The notes under the pieces were generated by a model. That model searched no databases. It saw nothing but the letters and a program-made list of their open reading frames with translations, and was not told the origin of the DNA. Positions 58,910-64,000 of a stretch of 64,000 nucleotides of DNA are shown here, piece by piece. Positions within the stretch are counted from its first letter, which is position 1; the number at the start of each line of letters is the position of its first letter. The position numbers were made by a program, and so were the translations under genes. The stretch is from Candidatus Symbiothrix sp. (GTDB taxonomy: Bacteria > Bacteroidota > Bacteroidia > Bacteroidales > Azobacteroidaceae): NCBI GenBank assembly GCA_031261295.1, contig JAISKT010000203.1, positions 34,395 through 98,394 of the forward strand. Direction: 5' to 3'.

Positions 58910-60385
58910 TTAATTTTCCGGAGCTTGTTTGAGTATCGCCGTCAGGAAATCCCAAAATTTCTGAACCGTGGCAATCTCCACTTTTTCATCCGGAGAGTGC
59001 GGGAACTTGATGGTCGGCCCGAAAGATACCGTATCCAATCCCGGTACGTTGGACAGGATGATACCGCATTCCAAACCGGCGTGCATCACTTCCACTTTGG
59101 GTTTTTCGCCGCGTTGTTTTTCAAATACCTTTTCCATAATGGCTAAAACGGCCGATTTTGGATTGGGATCCCAACCCGGATAACCGTTTCCGGCTTCTAC
59201 GAAATCGGCTTTCGCCAACGTGAATATGCTTTCTATACTGCCGCAAACCGCTTGTTTTTTGCTTTCGGACGAACTGCGCGCCAAAAATTTAACATCAATC
59301 AAACCTTCGCTCGATTGTACGATAGCCATATTAATCGATGTTTCAACCGTATCGGGTATTTCGGCAAACAGATTGATCACGTTGTTCGGACAACCGGTAA
59401 TAGCGTGTGTTAGTTTCGTTTGAATATCTTTCGGAATCAATTTAATGGCAGGAGTCACAGGGACAAATTCGGCTTTGAATTCGATCTTGTTTTCGATACC
59501 TGCAAATTCTTTATTGAACAATTCTTCGTAACCGGCAACCATTTCCTTGATCCGTTCGTATCTTTCTTTTCCGTCCACAATGATGGTAGCGAAGGCTTCG
59601 CGGGGAATCGCATTCCGCAAGGAACCGCCTGAAATAGAAGCCAGGCGAATGTCGTAAGTTTCCAACGCTTCTTTCAGGAAACGGAATATCAGTTTATTGG
59701 CATTGGCTCTTCCCAAATGAATATCCACGCCGCTGTGTCCGCCTTTCAATCCGGTCAACGAAACTTTTACGGCCACATCTTCTTTCGGAATCCATTCTTC
59801 ATCCTCGTATTGGAATTGAACCGATACATCTTCACCGCCGGCGCAACCGATGTATAATTCGCCGTCCAATTCGGAATCGAGGTTCAACATGATTTTACCG
59901 TTGATAAATCCCGGGCGAACGGCTATGGCGCCGTACATTCCGGTTTCTTCGTCTGTGGTGAATAAACCTTCCAGCGGGCCGTGTTCCAAATCGGTCGCTT
60001 CCAGGATGGCCAGGGTCGTGGCCACGCCAATCCCGTTGTCGGCGCCCAAAGTCGTTCCTTTGGCCTTTACCCAATCGCCGTCCACGTAAGCCTGAATCGG
60101 ATCTTTTGTAAAATCAAACTTTATATCCGAATTAGCTTGGGGAACCATATCCAAATGCGATTGCAGGATAATGGTTTGTTTGTTTTCATAACCCGGAGTC
60201 GCCGGTTTGCGGATACAGATATTATTCGCACCATCACGAGTGGTTTCCAAGCCCAATTTTTTACCGAAATCCTCCACAAAAGCGGTGATTTTTTCGCAAT
60301 GCCCGGAGGGGCGGGGAATTTGTGTCAACTCCTGAAAATGCTTCCAAACATTAAGGGGTTTAAGATTCAAAATACTGTTTTCCAT
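58910..60385 (-). CDS. pepD: Aminoacyl-histidine dipeptidase
   Basis: QSHLDMV, TTLGADNGIG, DEETGM, GGHSG, HAGLECG, HSPDE. Confidence 0.95.
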   Translation of the reverse strand: MENSILNLKPLNVWKHFQELTQIPRPSGHCEKITAFVEDFGKKLGLETTRDGANNICIRKPATPGYENKQTIILQSHLDMVPQANSDIKFDFTKDPIQAYVDGDWVKAKGTTLGADNGIGVATTLAILEATDLEHGPLEGLFTTDEETGMYGAIAVRPGFINGKIMLNLDSELDGELYIGCAGGEDVSVQFQYEDEEWIPKEDVAVKVSLTGLKGGHSGVDIHLGRANANKLIFRFLKEALETYDIRLASISGGSLRNAIPREAFATIIVDGKERYERIKEMVAGYEELFNKEFAGIENKIEFKAEFVPVTPAIKLIPKDIQTKLTHAITGCPNNVINLFAEIPDTVETSINMAIVQSSEGLIDVKFLARSSSESKKQAVCGSIESIFTLAKADFVEAGNGYPGWDPNPKSAVLAIMEKVFEKQRGEKPKVEVMHAGLECGIILSNVPGLDTVSFGPTIKFPHSPDEKVEIATVQKFWDFLTAILKQAPEN

Positions 60386-60431
60386 GTTATTCTATTATTT
60401 ATTTAACAATTTCAATGTTTTATCTAAACTA

Positions 60432-61418
60432 TTAATTAACAATTTTTACTAAATGATTGTTCCCTTTTTTAATTGAAAGCATGGCAATGCCGAAAAGGCC
60501 GCAAAGAATCATCCATATCGATTGGACTCCAAACACGACGGTCGCAAACGCTTTGGCCTGTTCGATATTGATCCTGAAAGCGCACAGCCCGAATACGACC
60601 GCCGCTTGCCAAGGCCCCAATCCGCCATTGGATGGAATTCCCATACTCACACTGCCGAGGGTAAAAACAAACAAACCGGCGGCAATCCCCAGATGCGTGG
60701 TAAATCCGAACGCATAAAAGGTGACGTAAAAGTACAAAAAATAAGAAATCCAAATGCCGAATGAATAGAAAATAAAGCGGGTTTTTTCTTTCATTTTCCA
60801 TACAAGCAACATATCTTTCCACATAGATATGAAAAAATTCCGTATCTTTTTCACCATCCGGGTTTCCTTGAAAAAAACCAATACCGCAATGCAGAGCGCT
60901 ATCAAAATCACAATACCCAGATATAAACCGGAAGAAGTGAAAATTTGCGGCAAATTAAATTCATGCCTGTTTTTGTAAAAAACGTTGAAATTTAATGTAA
61001 AAGCAACGATAATAAACAAAATCACCATAAGCATATCAAACAAGCGGTCGATGAGCAATGTCCCGATCAATTTGGCAAAAGGGATTTTTTCTTTTTTGGT
61101 GATAACGCCGCACCGCCAGATCTCACCGGCACGCGGGATAGCAAAATTCACTGCATAATTTCCCAACACAGCATATATCAAATGGGATACTTTCGGATGA
61201 TAACCTAAAGGTTTGATTAACAAATTCCACCGCAATCCCCGGATCACATTGCCCGATAGTCCGAAAATTAAGGAAAAAGCCAAAATCCACCAATTGGTTT
61301 CTTTGATAGATGACCATAATTCATCAAAATCCGTTTTACGATAAAGAAAATAGATTATAAGAATTCCTAAAGTCAATGGAATAAGTACCTTTAATAATTG
61401 AGTAACCCTATGAGGCAT
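60432..61418 (-). CDS. Lysylphosphatidylglycerol synthase transmembrane-domain (UPF0104) membrane protein
   Basis: RGLRW, NFAIPRAGE, DRLFD, PSNGGLGPW. Confidence 0.85.
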   Translation of the reverse strand: MPHRVTQLLKVLIPLTLGILIIYFLYRKTDFDELWSSIKETNWWILAFSLIFGLSGNVIRGLRWNLLIKPLGYHPKVSHLIYAVLGNYAVNFAIPRAGEIWRCGVITKKEKIPFAKLIGTLLIDRLFDMLMVILFIIVAFTLNFNVFYKNRHEFNLPQIFTSSGLYLGIVILIALCIAVLVFFKETRMVKKIRNFFISMWKDMLLVWKMKEKTRFIFYSFGIWISYFLYFYVTFYAFGFTTHLGIAAGLFVFTLGSVSMGIPSNGGLGPWQAAVVFGLCAFRINIEQAKAFATVVFGVQSIWMILCGLFGIAMLSIKKGNNHLVKIVN

Positions 61419-61463
61419 GATTTTTTTTATTACTTTTGTACGGATACAAAGATAGTATATTTG

Positions 61464-61557
61464 AACTAAAAACTAAGAACTAAGAGCTAAAAATTGCGCA
61501 AAGCGCGGTAATAGGCGTCAGGCAACTCTTCGTTCTTAACTTTTAGTTTTTAGTTTT
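61464..61557. repeat. Inverted heptamer arrays (AACTAAR / TTTTAGT) in the rsmA leader
   Basis: aactaaa aactaag aactaag agctaaa ... ttttagt ttttagt. Confidence 0.65.
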
Positions 61558-61560
61558 TTC

Positions 61561-62343
61561 ATGGAATATCGTAGAGAAATACGTCCGAAAAAATCTTTGG
61601 GTCAACATTTCCTGAAGGATTTGTCTGTTGCTGAAAAAATAGCGGAAACCGTTTCCGGTTATCCCGAACTTCCGGTTTTGGAAATCGGACCGGGAACGGG
61701 AGTCCTGACGCAATTCCTTTTACGGGATAAAAGGGATTTAACCGTAGTCGAACTGGATACCGAATCGGTGGAATATCTGAAAAAACATTATCCGGAATTG
61801 GCCGGACGAATCATCGAAGCGGATTTCCTGAAAATGGATTTGAATACCTTATTTCCGAAACCGTTTGGTGTGATTGGAAATTATCCCTACAACATTTCCA
61901 GCCAGATATTTTTTAAAGTATTGGAATCCAAGGATAAAATCCCTTGCTGTTCGGGAATGCTCCAGAAAGAAGTGGCCGAACGCTTGGCCTCCAAACCCGG
62001 GAAAAAAGCCTACGGAATTATCACTGTCCTGTTGCAGGTGTGGTACGATATTGAATACCTTTTCACCGTGGAACCGGAAGTATTTGATCCGCCTCCCAAA
62101 GTACGATCTGCAGTCATCCGGATGACCCGGAACAATCGCACGGAATTGGAGTGCAGCGAAACACTGTTCAAAACGGTTGTCAAAACGGCTTTCAATCAGC
62201 GGCGTAAAACGATGCGGAATTCGTTGAAAGCCCTGTTGGGAAAAGGGAATGCAATCTTCAGTGATCCGGTTTTCGACAAACGGCCGGAACAATTGTCAGT
62301 AGAGGAATTTATTGCACTGACGAAACAAATCGCCTCCCTATAA
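61561..62343 (+). CDS. rsmA: 16S rRNA dimethyladenosine methyltransferase (KsgA)
   Basis: KKSLGQHFL, EIGPGTG, GNYPYNIS, FDPPPKV, FNQRRK. Confidence 0.96.
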   Translation: MEYRREIRPKKSLGQHFLKDLSVAEKIAETVSGYPELPVLEIGPGTGVLTQFLLRDKRDLTVVELDTESVEYLKKHYPELAGRIIEADFLKMDLNTLFPKPFGVIGNYPYNISSQIFFKVLESKDKIPCCSGMLQKEVAERLASKPGKKAYGIITVLLQVWYDIEYLFTVEPEVFDPPPKVRSAVIRMTRNNRTELECSETLFKTVVKTAFNQRRKTMRNSLKALLGKGNAIFSDPVFDKRPEQLSVEEFIALTKQIASL

Positions 62344-62385
62344 CCGACGCTTCCAAACAAGAAATACAACCCTGGTTTGTTTTAT

Positions 62386-63711
62386 TCATTCAAATAGAAA
62401 TGGTTTTGTATCTGTTATTTTGCCACGCTGTTCTTCAAAAAAGAATTTTTCTTCTCCAAAAGCTGGCTGGAGTTGATTAAACCAAGTGGCTTTCGGGTCA
62501 TATTTTGCAAAAAACGGAATATCCACCCACGCCGGATTCCGGCCTTGTATAAAACGCAACACGAAAACTTTTTCTCCTTTTGCTTCCTGAACGCCCAATA
62601 CTTGTATCTTGCCTGCATGGTCGCTCATGCTCGGCCCCCGCACCGTCCGGCACAAACCGCTCACTTGCCGGTAAGCCTTGCGGAAGATTTGCCAACATCT
62701 TTCCAGCGGAATTTCAAAATAATGTTTGGAACCGGTGTCCCGCACGATAAACATATAATAAGGTATGCAACCCAAATCCACTTGCCTGCGCCACATCTGC
62801 GCCCACAGTTCCGGCTGGTCGTTGATGTGATGAAGCAACGGCGATTGTGTCCGTATCTGCGCACCCGTGGAGCGAATCCGGGTAATGGCCTGCGTCACCG
62901 CGTCTGTTGCTAATTCCCGCGGATGATTGAAGTGCGCCTGGATGGACAGGTTTTTCCCGGAACGGACAATCTTTTCAAACAAACGGATGATTTCATCGCT
63001 GTCCGTATCGGTCAAGTAACGGTAAGGCCAATAAGACAACGATTTGGTACCGATGCGGATAGACCGGAGATGACTGAATTCCGGCGCCAGCAACGGTTGG
63101 ATATACGCGACCAGGGTAGCGGCATTCATCACCATTGGGTCGCCTCCGGTAAACAAAATATCGGTCACTTCCTTGTGCAACCGAAGGTAGGAGAGCAACA
63201 AATCCGTTTCTTTCATGGCGAATTTCAATTCACTCATGCCGGAAAATTGCGGCCAGCGGAAACAAAACGAACAGTAGGCATGACAGGTTTGCCCCTGGCT
63301 GGGAAAAAACAAGATCGTTTCAGGATATTTATGTTGGATGCCTTTCAACTTGATTTGGCCCAGATACGGCACATTGTGATCCTGCCCCGCCGGATTAGGA
63401 TTCAAGGCCAAACGAATTTGTTGGATTTTCGCATCCAGGATTTTTTTATCCGCTTGCCGGTCAACCAAATTCTCGATGGCCGCATAATGCCTTTTTTCCA
63501 GCATTTCCCTTCGGGGAAAATTTAAGGTGAAAATCGGGTCCGTATCAATCTGATCCCAATTGATCAATTCGTTCACTACATAATTATTTGTTTTGAAAGG
63601 CAGTACTTTTCCTACAATTTCAATGTCCCTGAGCATTTCGCCGGATAAGAGTGAAATTGGGGGAATGGTACGGTAATTGTGCAATGTATAAGATTTTATT
63701 GGCTTTCCCAT
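62386..63711 (-). CDS. KamA/lysine 2,3-aminomutase-like radical SAM protein
   Basis: HKYPET, CHAYCSFC, TGGDPM, HFNHPRE, PYYMF, RTVRGP. Confidence 0.85.
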   Translation of the reverse strand: MGKPIKSYTLHNYRTIPPISLLSGEMLRDIEIVGKVLPFKTNNYVVNELINWDQIDTDPIFTLNFPRREMLEKRHYAAIENLVDRQADKKILDAKIQQIRLALNPNPAGQDHNVPYLGQIKLKGIQHKYPETILFFPSQGQTCHAYCSFCFRWPQFSGMSELKFAMKETDLLLSYLRLHKEVTDILFTGGDPMVMNAATLVAYIQPLLAPEFSHLRSIRIGTKSLSYWPYRYLTDTDSDEIIRLFEKIVRSGKNLSIQAHFNHPRELATDAVTQAITRIRSTGAQIRTQSPLLHHINDQPELWAQMWRRQVDLGCIPYYMFIVRDTGSKHYFEIPLERCWQIFRKAYRQVSGLCRTVRGPSMSDHAGKIQVLGVQEAKGEKVFVLRFIQGRNPAWVDIPFFAKYDPKATWFNQLQPAFGEEKFFFEEQRGKITDTKPFLFE

Positions 63712-63782
63712 GGTCTTTTTATTATTAGAACAAAAGAATCCGCTCGGTTGTTTTAATTTTAAACATTAAAAATAAAACAATC

Positions 63783-64000
63783 ATGAAACATGAAATGCCT
63801 GTACTGCCTTACACCAACGATGCTTTAGCGCCCGTTATCAGTCAACAAACCATTGATTTTCATTGGGGAAAACACGTTCAAACGTATGTCAACAACCTGA
63901 ATAACCTGATTCAGGGGACTCCTTTCGAAGATGCTTCTTTAGAACATATTATCCAAAAAGCCGACGGCGGCATTTTCAACAATGGCGCACAAGTCTGGAA
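63783..64000 (+). CDS. sodB: Fe/Mn superoxide dismutase, partial (runs off the window edge)
   Basis: MKHEMPVLPYTNDALAPVISQQTIDFHWGKHVQTYVNNLN...GIFNNGAQVW. Confidence 0.92.
   Translation, partial: MKHEMPVLPYTNDALAPVISQQTIDFHWGKHVQTYVNNLNNLIQGTPFEDASLEHIIQKADGGIFNNGAQVW

Noticed and set aside
1-64000. CRISPR array or cas genes
   Set aside because: No regularly spaced direct repeats with unique spacers; the repeats present are dispersed palindromes.

Overview
A Bacteroidales chromosomal segment, judged from TAnnTTTG -7 promoter boxes, UpxY and Bacteroides-type genes; the exact lineage cannot be fixed from this window. 1-33.2 kb (minus strand) is a Wzy-dependent capsular polysaccharide locus with wza, wzc, ugd, upxY, an inserted AAA ATPase, CDP-6-deoxyhexose and FnlA-type sugar pathways, Wzx, Wzy, glycosyltransferases and an ACP/FabG/FabH/GNAT acylation module. 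It also contains several decayed gene fragments. Next come tRNA-Gln, recX, ruvX-def-wza-wza-wzc, a second glycan cluster with fucosyltransferase-like genes, two toxin-antitoxin-like pairs, mutS, and a secreted Lcl-like protein preceded by a ~750-nt structured leader. The window ends with mutS2, iorBA, pepD, rsmA, a KamA-like radical SAM gene and the start of sod. The most striking signal is a set of short palindromic or tandem-repeat elements from several unrelated families. They occur between genes and also inserted in frame within conserved enzymes (MutS2 twice, IorA, Ugd), adding about 7-36 residues. This resembles Rickettsia palindromic elements, and no mobilising enzyme is present in the window. 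All family assignments come from motif recognition by eye; no database search was run.
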